Source: Halarcobacter sp.
GTDB lineage: Bacteria; Campylobacterota; Campylobacteria; Campylobacterales; Arcobacteraceae
Assembly (NCBI GenBank): GCA_048571215.1
Contig: CP182352.1
Span: 2,368,001-2,432,000 of the forward strand
Direction of reading: 5' to 3'
DNA length: 64,000 nt
Below are positions 16,438 through 26,990 of the stretch, piece by piece. Each line of letters starts with the position of its first letter. Position 1 is the stretch's first letter. The position numbers and the translations under genes were made by a program. The notes beneath the pieces are model-generated. The model worked only from the letters and a program-made list of their open reading frames with translations, was not told where the DNA came from and searched no databases.

Positions 16438-19164
16438 TTATTTTAGCACACTCTCACATCTTGAACATAAACTATCTTCACTAGTAGAAGTAAACTTCCA
16501 ACATCTTGGACATTTTGCTAGAGATGATTTATAAACTTCAAAGTTTTTACCATCTACTTCAAAAGATGCTAGTGGTGAATCCTCTTTTTTATCAGTAATA
16601 CTACTTACTAAAAATAAATCCTCACCCTCAGTATTATCTAATGACAAAATATCTTCACAATCTGTATAGATACTAAGTTCTAGAGTAGATTTTATTATTT
16701 TCTCTTTTTTAAGTGTATCTATTGATTCACTAAACTTTTCTTTAGCATTTAATAAGACTTGTTCATTAAGATTATTTTCAACTATAGGTAACTCAACTTT
16801 CTTATAATCAAATATATCATTAGCTCCATCTTTAATAAATAAAGGAGCATATTCTAACAACTCATCCATAGTATAAGTTAAAATACAAGCTAAAGTTGAA
16901 ATAAGTTTTTTAACTATTAAAGCCATTGCACTTTGTGAACTTCTTCTATGGATGTCATCTTTATTATCACAATATAATCTATCTTTACATACATCTAAAT
17001 AGATACCTGACAAATCTACAACTAAAAAGTTATTTAACTTATTTAATCCCTTAGAGAACTCATAAACAGCAAAAGCAGCCTCAATCTCATCAAATACTTT
17101 TTTAGCTTTATTTAATATCCATTTATCAAGTTGTCCCATCTTGTCAATATCAACAATTGCATCCAAATCATCTACATTTGCAAGTAAAAATCTTGCAGTG
17201 TTTCTTATTTTTCTATATAGTTCAGCATTTTGTTTTAAGATATTATCTGAGATTTTTAAATCACTTTGATAATCACTCATTGCAACCCAAAGTCTTAAAA
17301 TCTCACTTCCATATTGTTTCATAACTTTTTCAGGGGCAATTACATTACCCTTTGATTTACTCATCTTTTCACCCTTTTCATCAACAGTGAATCCATGAGT
17401 TAATATTGATTTATATGGAGAGATCTCTTGTGAAGCCAATGTTGTTAAAAGTGAAGACTGGAACCAACCTCTATGTTGGTCACTTCCTTCTAAATACATA
17501 TCAGCAGGGAACGTTCCCGCATCATAGTTTCTAGATCTTAAAACTGCATTTTGAGTAGAACCTGAATCAAACCATACATCTAAAATATCCATAGTTTTTT
17601 CTAAATCTTCTGGATTTAAACCACTTCCAGGATATAAAAGCTCTTCAATACTTAAGTCATACCAAGCATCACAACCTTTTTGTTCAAAAATCATAGCTGT
17701 ATAATTTAATACTTTTTCATCAAAGATTATCTCATCAGTTTTTTTATTTCTAAAAAATGCAATTGGAACACCCCAATCTCTTTGTCTTGATATACACCAA
17801 TCAGGTCTACCATCAAGCATTGATTTAAGTCTGTTTCTTCCCCATTCTGGATAAAACTTAATCTCGTTTACAACTTTAAGGGCATTCTCTCTTAGGGTTT
17901 TATTCTCTTTTCCATATTTATCATCAATTGAGATAAACCATTGTTTTGTTGCTCTAAAGATAATAGGTTTATGAGTTCTCCAACAATGTGGATATGAGTG
18001 TCTAATATCAACTCTACTTAATAGAGCATCCCCTAACTCTTCTAAAATCATCTCATTTGCTTTAAATACATGAACCCCAAGATATTTATCAGTATCTTTA
18101 AATAGTTTTTCTCTAACTATTGTTTGGTCATATTTACCCTCAGCATCAACAGGCATAATAACATCAAGGTTATATCTTAAACCTACTTTGTAGTCATCTT
18201 CACCATGACCAGGAGCTGTATGAACTGCACCTGAACCTGATTCCATCTCTACATGATCACCTAAAATAACTTTTGATTTTCTACCATTTAAAGGGTTTAT
18301 TGCAAAAGTATTTTCTAAATCATTAGGATTAAGAATTTCAACAATTGTTCCAGAGATTACTTCATTTTCTATAAGTGAGTTATACAGTTTTTTTGCAACA
18401 ATAAATTTATCACTTGTAAGAACATACTCCTCTTCACCATTTAAAGCAATACCAGTATTAGCGGGAAGTGTCCATGGTGTTGTAGTCCAGATAATTAAAC
18501 TTGCATCCATAGTTTCATGTTTAAATGCCACATATATAGATGGCGAAGTTTTATCTTCATATTCAACTTCTGCTTCAGCTAATGCTGTTTGTGCAGCCCA
18601 AGACCAATATACAGGTTTGCTTCTTTGTACTAGAAGTCCTTGATTTGCTATAGCACAAAGTTCTCTATAAATATTCGCTTCAAATTTAAAATCCATTGTT
18701 AAATAAGGTTTATCCCAATCCCCTATTACACCAAGTTTCTTAAACTCATCTCTTTGGATATCTATAAATCTACTTGCATGAGCTCTACATAACTCTCTAA
18801 TTTTTGATTTAGGAAGCTCTTTTTTCTTTGTACTACCTATTTTCTCTTCAACTTTTTGCTCAATTGGTAAACCATGACAATCCCAACCTGGAACATATCT
18901 AACTGATTTACCTTCAAAATAGTGATACTTAACAATTAAATCTTTCAATATTTTATTTAATGCGTGTCCAATATGAATATGTCCATTTGCATATGGTGGT
19001 CCATCATGCAATGTAAAAGAGGGTGCACCCTCTCTATTTGTTTTCATTCTTTCATAAACATTTATCTCATCCCAAAGCTTATATCTCTTTGGCTCATTTT
19101 GAGGAAGATTTCCTCTCATTGGAAATTTTGTATTTGGTAGTAATAAACTATCTTTGTAATCCAT
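16438..19164 (-). CDS. ileS: Isoleucine--tRNA ligase
   Basis: HDGPPYANG-HIGH, WCISRQR, KMSKS, C-terminal Zn finger. Confidence 0.99.
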   Translation of the reverse strand: MDYKDSLLLPNTKFPMRGNLPQNEPKRYKLWDEINVYERMKTNREGAPSFTLHDGPPYANGHIHIGHALNKILKDLIVKYHYFEGKSVRYVPGWDCHGLPIEQKVEEKIGSTKKKELPKSKIRELCRAHASRFIDIQRDEFKKLGVIGDWDKPYLTMDFKFEANIYRELCAIANQGLLVQRSKPVYWSWAAQTALAEAEVEYEDKTSPSIYVAFKHETMDASLIIWTTTPWTLPANTGIALNGEEEYVLTSDKFIVAKKLYNSLIENEVISGTIVEILNPNDLENTFAINPLNGRKSKVILGDHVEMESGSGAVHTAPGHGEDDYKVGLRYNLDVIMPVDAEGKYDQTIVREKLFKDTDKYLGVHVFKANEMILEELGDALLSRVDIRHSYPHCWRTHKPIIFRATKQWFISIDDKYGKENKTLRENALKVVNEIKFYPEWGRNRLKSMLDGRPDWCISRQRDWGVPIAFFRNKKTDEIIFDEKVLNYTAMIFEQKGCDAWYDLSIEELLYPGSGLNPEDLEKTMDILDVWFDSGSTQNAVLRSRNYDAGTFPADMYLEGSDQHRGWFQSSLLTTLASQEISPYKSILTHGFTVDEKGEKMSKSKGNVIAPEKVMKQYGSEILRLWVAMSDYQSDLKISDNILKQNAELYRKIRNTARFLLANVDDLDAIVDIDKMGQLDKWILNKAKKVFDEIEAAFAVYEFSKGLNKLNNFLVVDLSGIYLDVCKDRLYCDNKDDIHRRSSQSAMALIVKKLISTLACILTYTMDELLEYAPLFIKDGANDIFDYKKVELPIVENNLNEQVLLNAKEKFSESIDTLKKEKIIKSTLELSIYTDCEDILSLDNTEGEDLFLVSSITDKKEDSPLASFEVDGKNFEVYKSSLAKCPRCWKFTSTSEDSLCSRCESVLK

Positions 19165-19274
19165 ATTATATACCTTAAATTGTATGTATTGTAATTATCT
19201 GTAAATCGCAGATTATATCTAATATTATAATTAATTTAACTTAAGTGGAATTTTTAACATTTTTTTGATATTTT

Positions 19275-19352
19275 TGTACACTTATTGTACATTATACAAA
19301 ATTATAATCCTTTATACAAAAATAAGTGTTTCTTATGTACACAAATTGCACG
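19275..19352. promoter_or_regulatory. Two pairs of TGTACA-like repeats at 11-bp period between ileS and mqo
   Basis: TGTACA at 19275, 19286 and 19336; TGCACG at 19347. Confidence 0.45.
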
Positions 19353-19504
19353 CGTAGAATTTTGAACTTAAATCTATAAAGTGTTACCATTAAACATAAT
19401 TTTGACAAAGATTGAAAGGATTGAATAAATCTTTAAATAATCTTAACTTTTATATGGTAATATCTTACCTATAATTTAAAACTATAATACAGGAAAGTTA
19501 CAAT

Positions 19505-20857
19505 ATGGATACAAAACACTATGAAGTAGTAATTGTAGGTGGTGGTATTTCTGGTGCCGCACTTTTTTATGAATTAGCAAGATATACAGATGTAAAAAGC
19601 GTTTGTATGTTAGAAAAATATGAGAAATTAGCAACGCTAAACTCAAAAGGGACAAGTAACTCACAAACAATTCATGTTGGTGATATTGAGACTAACTATA
19701 CATTAGATAAAGCAAAAATCACTAAAAGAACTGCAAAAATGATTGAGAAGTTCTGTTTACAATATGGTTTAGAAAATAAAATTATGTTTGCTCACCAAAA
19801 AATGGCTTTAGGTGTTGGTGAGAAAGAGGTTGAGTTTATTAAAAATAGATATAACGAATTTAAAGAACTTTTCCCTTATTTGGAGTTATGGGACAAAGAA
19901 ACTTTAAGAGAGTTAGAACCAAAACTTGTTTATGCTGATAAAGAACAAACAAAAGATAGACCAGAGCCAATTATAGCTATGGGTGCAAAAAATGAGTACA
20001 CAACTGTTGATTATGGTGCTATGACTGAAGAGTTAGCAAAAGCAGCACAAGCACAAGAAGATGTAAAAACTGATATTTTTTATAACGCAGAAGTTGAAGA
20101 GATTGAAAAAGTTGGTGAAAAATTTAAATTAACTACTACAAGTGGTTCAGTATTTACAGCAGATTTTGTTGTAGTTAATGCAGGAGCACACTCATTATAC
20201 TTAGCACATAAAATGGGTTATGGTAAACATATGGGTTCACTTTCTGTTGCAGGAAGTTTTTATATCACCCCTGGTAAATTTTTAAATGGTAAAGTATATA
20301 TGGTACAAAACCCAAAACTTCCATTTGCAGCACTTCATGGAGATCCAGATATTTTATGTGATGGAAAAACTAGATTTGGTCCAACTGCACTTGCACTTGC
20401 AGTTTTAGAAAGATATAAAGGTGGTAAATCATTTTTCCAATGTCTTAAAACAATGAACATAGATGGGAACATTATAAAAATTCTTTGGGATCTAATTAAA
20501 GACCATGAGATTAGAAACTATATCTTGAAAAACTTCTTATTTGAAGTTCCAGGTATCAATAAAGGTTTATTTGTAAAAGATGCTCAAAAAATCGTACCAT
20601 CATTAAGTACAGATGATATTGAATATGCACATGAGTTTGGTGGAGTTAGACCACAAGTACTTAACAAAGAGGAACAAAAACTTATGCTTGGTGAAGCTTC
20701 AATAAATACAGGTAATGGAATCTTATTTAATATGACTCCAAGCCCAGGTGCTACATCATGTTTAGGTAATGCTGAAAGAGATATTAAAATCCTTGCAGAA
20801 TATCTAAATCTAAAATTTGATGAAGAAAAATTCCTAGACGAATTAACAGAAAGATAA
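19505..20857 (+). CDS. mqo: Malate:quinone oxidoreductase (epsilonproteobacterial type)
   Basis: VGGGISG, NSQTIHVGDIETNY, PFAALHGDPD, MTPSPGATSCL. Confidence 0.88.
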   Translation: MDTKHYEVVIVGGGISGAALFYELARYTDVKSVCMLEKYEKLATLNSKGTSNSQTIHVGDIETNYTLDKAKITKRTAKMIEKFCLQYGLENKIMFAHQKMALGVGEKEVEFIKNRYNEFKELFPYLELWDKETLRELEPKLVYADKEQTKDRPEPIIAMGAKNEYTTVDYGAMTEELAKAAQAQEDVKTDIFYNAEVEEIEKVGEKFKLTTTSGSVFTADFVVVNAGAHSLYLAHKMGYGKHMGSLSVAGSFYITPGKFLNGKVYMVQNPKLPFAALHGDPDILCDGKTRFGPTALALAVLERYKGGKSFFQCLKTMNIDGNIIKILWDLIKDHEIRNYILKNFLFEVPGINKGLFVKDAQKIVPSLSTDDIEYAHEFGGVRPQVLNKEEQKLMLGEASINTGNGILFNMTPSPGATSCLGNAERDIKILAEYLNLKFDEEKFLDELTER

Positions 20858-20900
20858 TATATGTATGGGAAACTAAACCCATACGTAAAAAAGTTTTAAT

Positions 20901-21410
20901 ATGTATAATGAAGTTTTTTCTATAGAAGATATGCAAACTCTTCAAAACCTATTAAGAATACATAATAAGACTATAACAACAGCAGAGAGTTGCACAGGTG
21001 GATTAATCGCCTCAATGATTACACAACTCTCTGGCTCATCAGATATTTTTAATGGTGCTATAGTAACTTACTCAAATGAGATTAAACATCAAGAGTTAAA
21101 TGTAAAACTACAAACACTAGAAAAGTATGGTGCAGTAAGTACTCAAGTTGTAGATGAGATGCTTCAAGGTGTAATCAAAAAGTTTAATGCCAATTTTGCA
21201 ATTGCTGTTAGTGGAATAGCAGGTCCATCTGGGGGAACAAAAACTAAACCAGTTGGTACAGTTGTAATTGGAGTATTTGGTCAAGATATTGGGAAAGATA
21301 TTGAAGTTTTTTACTTCAAAGGGGATAGAAAAGAGGTGCAAAATCAAGCCTCTAAATACTCTTTAAAAAAACTTTTGAATTTTTTTCAAAAAACCCTTGA
21401 CAAAAAATAA
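20901..21410 (+). CDS. pncC: CinA C-terminal family / NMN deamidase
   Basis: AESCTGG, GAVS, SGIAGPSGG, KPVGTV. Confidence 0.85.
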   Translation: MYNEVFSIEDMQTLQNLLRIHNKTITTAESCTGGLIASMITQLSGSSDIFNGAIVTYSNEIKHQELNVKLQTLEKYGAVSTQVVDEMLQGVIKKFNANFAIAVSGIAGPSGGTKTKPVGTVVIGVFGQDIGKDIEVFYFKGDRKEVQNQASKYSLKKLLNFFQKTLDKK

Positions 21411-21425
21411 ATAAATGAGTATAAT
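21397..21425 (+). promoter_or_regulatory. Consensus sigma70 promoter of the tRNA cluster
   Basis: TTGACA (21397)-17 bp-TATAAT (21420). Confidence 0.85.
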
Positions 21426-21446
21426 TCCACTCCATTTTGAAAAGAA

Positions 21447-21522
21447 GACCCGTTAGCTCAGCTGGTAGAGCATCTCCCTTTTAAGGAGGTGGCCGATGGT
21501 TCGAATCCATCACGGGTCACCA
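21447..21522 (+). tRNA. tRNA-Lys(TTT)
   Basis: Cloverleaf, anticodon TTT, encoded CCA. Confidence 0.97.
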
Positions 21523-21577
21523 GTTATATAAATTTTATATTTTATAAGTTTATATTTTTTATTTTATTATTTAGTTT

Positions 21578-21652
21578 GGCCCCTTCATCTAGCGGTTAGG
21601 ATTCATGGTTTTCATCCATGCCACAGGAGTTCAAGTCTCCTAGGGGTCACCA
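21578..21652 (+). tRNA. tRNA-Glu(TTC)
   Basis: CATGG-TTTTCAT-CCATG anticodon arm, CCA. Confidence 0.97.
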
Positions 21653-21661
21653 AACTATTTA

Positions 21662-21737
21662 GGTCGATTAGCTCAGTTGGTAGAGCGCTACCCTTACAAG
21701 GTAGATGTCATAAGTTCGAGTCTTATATCGACCACCA
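21662..21737 (+). tRNA. tRNA-Val(TAC)
   Basis: CTACC-CTTACAA-GGTAG, CCA. Confidence 0.97.
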
Positions 21738-21775
21738 TTAATACTTTGACAAGTATTTCTTATTATAATAAATGT

Positions 21776-21852
21776 GCGGTTGTAGTTTAGTTGGTTAGAA
21801 TGCCTGCCTGTCACGCAGGAGGTCGCGAGTTCGAGTCTCGTCAACCGCGCCA
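21776..21852 (+). tRNA. tRNA-Asp(GTC)
   Basis: CCTGC-CTGTCAC-GCAGG, CCA. Confidence 0.97.
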
Positions 21853-21872
21853 CTTTATTGTATTTTATTGTT

Positions 21873-21948
21873 GACCCGTTAGCTCAGCTGGTAGAGCATC
21901 TCCCTTTTAAGGAGGTGGCCGATGGTTCGAATCCATCACGGGTCACCA
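21873..21948 (+). tRNA. tRNA-Lys(TTT), copy 2
   Basis: Identical to copy 1. Confidence 0.97.
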
Positions 21949-21995
21949 GTTACATAAGTTTAACTCAATGTAAAATTTATAATATATATTAGTTT

Positions 21996-22070
21996 GGCCC
22001 CTTCATCTAGCGGTTAGGATTCATGGTTTTCATCCATGCCACAGGAGTTCAAGTCTCCTAGGGGTCACCA
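21996..22070 (+). tRNA. tRNA-Glu(TTC), copy 2
   Basis: Identical to copy 1. Confidence 0.97.
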
Positions 22071-22079
22071 AACTATTTA

Positions 22080-22155
22080 GGTCGATTAGCTCAGTTGGTA
22101 GAGCGCTACCCTTACAAGGTAGATGTCATAAGTTCGAGTCTTATATCGACCACCA
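22080..22155 (+). tRNA. tRNA-Val(TAC), copy 2
   Basis: Identical to copy 1. Confidence 0.97.
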
Positions 22156-22192
22156 TTAATACTTTGACAAGTATTTCTTACAAAATAAATGT

Positions 22193-22269
22193 GCGGTTGT
22201 AGTTTAGTTGGTTAGAATGCCTGCCTGTCACGCAGGAGGTCGCGAGTTCGAGTCTCGTCAACCGCGCCA
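22193..22269 (+). tRNA. tRNA-Asp(GTC), copy 2
   Basis: Identical to copy 1. Confidence 0.97.
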
Positions 22270-22345
22270 CTTTATTTTTCTTATTTTCATAAACCTTTTA
22301 TCAAAATTAAGTTATTCTTACTCTCATTTTTCTTAAGGTAACAAT

Positions 22346-23929
22346 ATGATTAAAGCTAAATCCCTATATCACTTGATTTTATATAGTATCTTTTTTATTA
22401 TAATATTAACTTCATCATTTACATTTATAATTATTGAAAACACCTTTGATGAGTTTCAAGAAAAAATTAAAATCATAAAAACTGACTATTCAAATAAACA
22501 AAAAGAATTAATAAAAGCAGATATAGAAAAAACCCTTAAATTTATAAGCTATTATCATAAAAAATTTAAAGGGATAAAAAGTGAAAAAGAGATACAAAAT
22601 GATCTTATAAACTCTATTGAACTTATGAGAGATAAAAAAGATTTAAATGATTATCTGTTTATATATGATTTTGATGGTACCTTACTTTATTATCCAGTTG
22701 AAACTAAAAATATTGGTAAAAACTTATACGAGGTTACAGACCCGTCTGGGAAACAAGTTATTAAAGAATTGATTAATATCTCCAAAAAAAAAGGTGGTGG
22801 ATATGTTCAATATATCTGGTATAAACCTCAATTAAAAAAAGATGCCCTTAAAATCTCTTATGCCCTATCCTATAAACCTTGGAACTGGACAATTGGTAGA
22901 GGAATATATTTAGATGAGATTGACCAAGTAGTGCGTGCCAAAAAAGATGAATATGATGAAAAGATATCTAACTATATACTACAAATACTTTCACTAACAA
23001 TTATGTTAGTTCTATATTCAATCTTTATATATAAAAATGCAACAATATTAATCGTAAATGATGTTAAAGAGATTGGTGCATATTTTAAAGAAACACAAAA
23101 AAGTGATACAAGGATCAATCAAAATAGACTTATATTTGGTGAGTTTAAAATTATTGCTAATTATGCCTATGATGCTATGCATAATATAAAAGACAAGACT
23201 TTAATGCTTGAAGGCTTAAATAAACACCTTGAAGATAAGGTTGAAGAGCAAACAAAAGAATTAAAAATCCTAATTGATTCACAAAAAAAGTTTATCAAAA
23301 ACTCAGTACATGAAGTTAACACCCCTTTATCAATAATTAGAACAAATATAGATTTACTTAAAATGAATACTCCAACTAATAAATATATCTCAAATATAGA
23401 AAGTGGTGCAAAAATTATTCAATATATATATGATGACTTATCTTATTTAATAAAAAAAGACAGAGTTGATTATCCAAAAGAATATATAAACTTTACAGAA
23501 TATTTAAATGAAAGAATATCTTTCTTTTATGGGATAGCTGTTTCAAATAAATTACATTTTATTGCTAATATCGAAGAAGATATATATATCAAGTTTAATA
23601 GAACTGAACTACAAAGAATAGTAGATAATAATATATCAAATGCAATCAAATATGCACATATAAACTCTCCTATATATTTAAGACTTACCTATTTCAATGA
23701 TGACTATGTTGAGTTTAGTGTAAAAACAAACTCAGATAAAATACAAAGTCCAGAAAAAATATTTGGAGATTTTTATAGGGAAAATAACTCTAGAGGAGGC
23801 TTTGGCTTGGGACTTAAAATAGTAAAAGAGATTTGTGATAAAAATTTTGTTATAATTAAGCTTGACTCAAATGAAAAAGATACAAAATTCACTTATAGGT
23901 TTAAATTAAATGAAAATACTGCTTCTTGA
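22346..23929 (+). CDS. Sensor histidine kinase with a periplasmic single Cache domain
   Basis: YLFIYDFDG...GGGYVQYIWYKP...KISY...WNWTIG; H-box HEVNTPL; NAIKY; GGFGLGL. Confidence 0.93.
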   Translation: MIKAKSLYHLILYSIFFIIILTSSFTFIIIENTFDEFQEKIKIIKTDYSNKQKELIKADIEKTLKFISYYHKKFKGIKSEKEIQNDLINSIELMRDKKDLNDYLFIYDFDGTLLYYPVETKNIGKNLYEVTDPSGKQVIKELINISKKKGGGYVQYIWYKPQLKKDALKISYALSYKPWNWTIGRGIYLDEIDQVVRAKKDEYDEKISNYILQILSLTIMLVLYSIFIYKNATILIVNDVKEIGAYFKETQKSDTRINQNRLIFGEFKIIANYAYDAMHNIKDKTLMLEGLNKHLEDKVEEQTKELKILIDSQKKFIKNSVHEVNTPLSIIRTNIDLLKMNTPTNKYISNIESGAKIIQYIYDDLSYLIKKDRVDYPKEYINFTEYLNERISFFYGIAVSNKLHFIANIEEDIYIKFNRTELQRIVDNNISNAIKYAHINSPIYLRLTYFNDDYVEFSVKTNSDKIQSPEKIFGDFYRENNSRGGFGLGLKIVKEICDKNFVIIKLDSNEKDTKFTYRFKLNENTAS

Positions 23930-24572
23930 AGATGAATTAATGCTAAATAGTGCCATTACTGAATATTTAAAAGGTATTGGTCATATGGTTCTAAGTTTTA
24001 CTGATGGTGAACAGGTTCTAGAAAGTGTAGATGGAAGTTTTGATTTACTAATTTTAGATATTAATGTTCCAAAAAAAGATGGTTTTGAGATTTTAGAAGA
24101 CTTAAATAAGAAAAAGATGTATATACCAACTATATATATCTCAGCGCTAATTGATATAGAAGATATAACAAAAGCGTATGATTTAGGTTGTAGAGAGTAT
24201 ATTAAGAAACCATTCCATTTAGAAGAGTTAGGTATTAAGATAAACCAAATTCTTAAAAAAGACCAAAATAATACTTCACATATGAGATTTTCAGAAAACT
24301 ACTCATATTCTAAAGATAAGCAAACACTATATTTCAATGGTGAACCACAAACTTTAACAAAAAAACAACTAGAGATTATTCATATATTAGCTTTAAATAT
24401 TAATATGATAGTTGACTTTGAAAGATTTAGAATTGACATCTGGAGAGGTGAAGATATAGACAATCCAACTATTAGAGCTGAAATTTCAAGACTAAAAAAA
24501 GCACTAAAAGAGGATTTTATTAAAAATATTAGAGGTCTAGGGTATAAAATTGACAGATTTTATTCTGTTTAA
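23910..24572 (+). CDS. OmpR-family response regulator
   Basis: LLLEDE, LDINVP, KPF, winged helix IKNIRGLGY. Confidence 0.95.
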   Translation: MKILLLEDELMLNSAITEYLKGIGHMVLSFTDGEQVLESVDGSFDLLILDINVPKKDGFEILEDLNKKKMYIPTIYISALIDIEDITKAYDLGCREYIKKPFHLEELGIKINQILKKDQNNTSHMRFSENYSYSKDKQTLYFNGEPQTLTKKQLEIIHILALNINMIVDFERFRIDIWRGEDIDNPTIRAEISRLKKALKEDFIKNIRGLGYKIDRFYSV

Positions 24573-24607
24573 TCCCTACCCATCAATTCGAGCCTACTAG
24601 CATTATT

Positions 24608-24690
24608 TGCTACGCTAATCCTACTCTTTTAAAAAACTTTAAAAAAAAAAAATTAATTGCTATCCTTTTGCTATCTACACTTATTATACT
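24608..24690 (+). promoter_or_regulatory. TGCTAY direct-repeat boxes plus -10 TATACT
   Basis: Pairs at 24608/24619 and 24658/24669 (11-bp period); -10 starts 16 bp after the start of the last repeat. Confidence 0.65.
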
Positions 24691-24751
24691 TTCAATGTTG
24701 AATTACTAAGTAGATTATCTATTTTAGTAAAACTTAAAAAGGAGTACGATT

Positions 24752-25006
24752 ATGAGTCCAGAAAAAGCTCAAGCTTATTGGAAAGAGAACATCGCAACTA
24801 TATTAAAACTATTAGTTGTGTGGTTTATAGTTTCATTTGGTTGTGGAATTTTATTCATAAATGAACTAAACAACATTGAAATCAGTGGTGTTAAGTTAGG
24901 ATTTTGGTTTGCACAACAAGGTGCAATTTATGTATTCGTTTTACTAATTTTTGTATATGTGGCAAAAATGGGTGCTATTGACGAAAAATATGGCGTACAC
25001 GAGTAG
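24752..25006 (+). CDS. DUF4212 small membrane subunit of a solute symporter
   Basis: AYWKEN...LGFWFAQQGAIYVF. Confidence 0.9.
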   Translation: MSPEKAQAYWKENIATILKLLVVWFIVSFGCGILFINELNNIEISGVKLGFWFAQQGAIYVFVLLIFVYVAKMGAIDEKYGVHE

Positions 25007-25018
25007 GAGAAACAGAGT

Positions 25019-26896
25019 ATGGAATTACAATCATTAATTTACCTATTCGTAGGTGTGTCTTTCGCGATTTACATTGGTATTGCATTATGGGCAAAAGCAG
25101 GATCTACTAAAGATTTCTATGTTGCAGGTGGTGGAGTTCATCCAGTTGCTAACGGTATGGCTACAGCAGCAGACTGGATGTCAGCGGCATCTTTTATCTC
25201 ATTAGCAGGTATCATCTCTTTCAAAGGTTCTGATGGTGGTGCATATTTAATGGGTTGGACAGGTGGATATGTTCTACTTGCAATGTTATTGGCTCCTTAT
25301 TTAAGAAAATTTGGAAAATTTACAGTACCTGATTTCGTTGGTGACAGATATTATTCTGATGCGGCAAGACTTGTTGCTGTTATTGGTGTTATTTTTGTTT
25401 CATTTACATATGTTGCAGGACAAATGAGAGGTGTTGGTATCGTATTCTCAAGATTCTTACAAGTTGATGTAAATACTGGTGTTATTATTGGTATGGCAAT
25501 TGTATTTTTCTACTCTGTACTTGGTGGTATGAAAGGTATTACATATACTCAAGTTGCACAATATGTTGTAATGATTTTTGCTTATATGATTCCAGCGATT
25601 TTCTTATCATTACAAGTAACTGATACATTTTTACCACAATTAGGTATCTTCTCAACTACTACATTTGCATTTGATGATGGGGTAAAAGTTATTCCTGAAG
25701 GAACCTTTTTACTACATGCACTTGATACTGCCGTTACTGACTTAGGTTTTAAAGCATATACTGAGCCAGGTAACTTATGGAATATGTTTATGTTAACTAC
25801 AGCATTAATGCTTGGTACTGCAGGTTTACCACATGTAATTGTTAGATTCTTTACAGTTCCTACTGTAAAAGATGCTAGAAGTTCTGCTGGTTGGGCATTA
25901 GTATTTATTGCAATTATGTATACAACTATCTCTTCAGTTGCTGCATTCTCAAGAGTTAACTTAATTAAAAATGTTCAAAATGTTGAGTATAAAGCGTTTG
26001 TTGCTGGTGAAACTAAACATGCTGATGGAACACCAAACAGCGGTAAATGGTTCAAAACTTGGGAACAAGGTGGACTAATAGCTTGGACAGATAGAAATGG
26101 TGATGGTAAAATTCAATATGGACCTGGTGCTGCATTTGAAGGACCAAAAGGTAAACCTGTATTTGATGGAACTAATACTGGTGAATATGGTCAAAGAGCT
26201 ACTACAAATGGTAAACCAGCTGCTAATAGCGGTAAAATTGAAAATGAGTTATATGTTGATAGAGATATTATGGTTCTTGCGAACCCTGAAATTGCAAACT
26301 TACCTAACTGGGTAATCGCATTTATTGCAGCTGGGGGTCTAGCAGCAGCATTATCAACTGCAGCTGGTCTATTACTTGTAATTGCTTCAGCTATTTCACA
26401 TGACTTAATGGGTCAAGTTGTATTTAAAGATAAAGAAACTGGGAAATCTACATTAAACGAAAAAACTGAGTTAATGTGGGCAAGAGTTTCAGCTATCGTT
26501 GCAATTTGTATAGCTGGTTACTTAGGGATTCACCCTCCAGGTTTTGTTGCACAAGTTGTTGCCTTTGCATTTGGTCTTGCAGCAGCAGCATTCTTCCCTA
26601 CAATTATCCTTGGGGTATTTGATAAGAGAATGAATAAAGAGGGTGCTATTGCTGGTATCTTAACTGGTCTTATCTTTACATTCGGATACATTATATACTT
26701 TGTATTCATGGGTGGAGACAAAGCGGATTATTTCTTAGGAATCGCTCCTACTGGTATTGGGACAATCGGAACAATTTTACACCTAATCGTGGCATTAGTT
26801 GTATCTAGAATGACTCCTGAACCACCTATTGAAATTCAAGAGTTAGTTGAGTCTATCAGACTTCCTAACAATGTTGGTGCAGCACACGATCACTAA
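25019..26896 (+). CDS. Sodium:solute symporter (ActP-like, VC_2705 subfamily)
   Basis: [31 protein letters not shown]. Confidence 0.92.
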   Translation: MELQSLIYLFVGVSFAIYIGIALWAKAGSTKDFYVAGGGVHPVANGMATAADWMSAASFISLAGIISFKGSDGGAYLMGWTGGYVLLAMLLAPYLRKFGKFTVPDFVGDRYYSDAARLVAVIGVIFVSFTYVAGQMRGVGIVFSRFLQVDVNTGVIIGMAIVFFYSVLGGMKGITYTQVAQYVVMIFAYMIPAIFLSLQVTDTFLPQLGIFSTTTFAFDDGVKVIPEGTFLLHALDTAVTDLGFKAYTEPGNLWNMFMLTTALMLGTAGLPHVIVRFFTVPTVKDARSSAGWALVFIAIMYTTISSVAAFSRVNLIKNVQNVEYKAFVAGETKHADGTPNSGKWFKTWEQGGLIAWTDRNGDGKIQYGPGAAFEGPKGKPVFDGTNTGEYGQRATTNGKPAANSGKIENELYVDRDIMVLANPEIANLPNWVIAFIAAGGLAAALSTAAGLLLVIASAISHDLMGQVVFKDKETGKSTLNEKTELMWARVSAIVAICIAGYLGIHPPGFVAQVVAFAFGLAAAAFFPTIILGVFDKRMNKEGAIAGILTGLIFTFGYIIYFVFMGGDKADYFLGIAPTGIGTIGTILHLIVALVVSRMTPEPPIEIQELVESIRLPNNVGAAHDH

Positions 26897-26902
26897 CAAA
26901 AC

Positions 26903-26931
26903 TAAAGTCAACCTTCGGGTTGGCTTTTTTT
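26903..26931 (+). terminator. Intrinsic terminator
   Basis: AAAGTCAACC-TTCG-GGTTGGCTTT followed by a T run. Confidence 0.85.
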
Positions 26932-26990
26932 ATGCTATTTTTTTATATTATTAGACTTAATATAAAAAAATATCATAAAGGATTTTCTTA

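Noticed and set aside
21746..21769. TTGACA...TATAAT inside the tRNA cluster as an internal promoter
   Set aside because: The spacer is only 12 bp, and the second copy of this spacer lacks the TATAAT.
21668..21853. 61-aa minus-strand ORF
   Set aside because: Antisense to tRNA-Val and tRNA-Asp.
22270..22345. tRNA-anchored genomic island after tRNA-Asp
   Set aside because: No integrase, and no displaced tRNA 3' repeat found downstream in the window.
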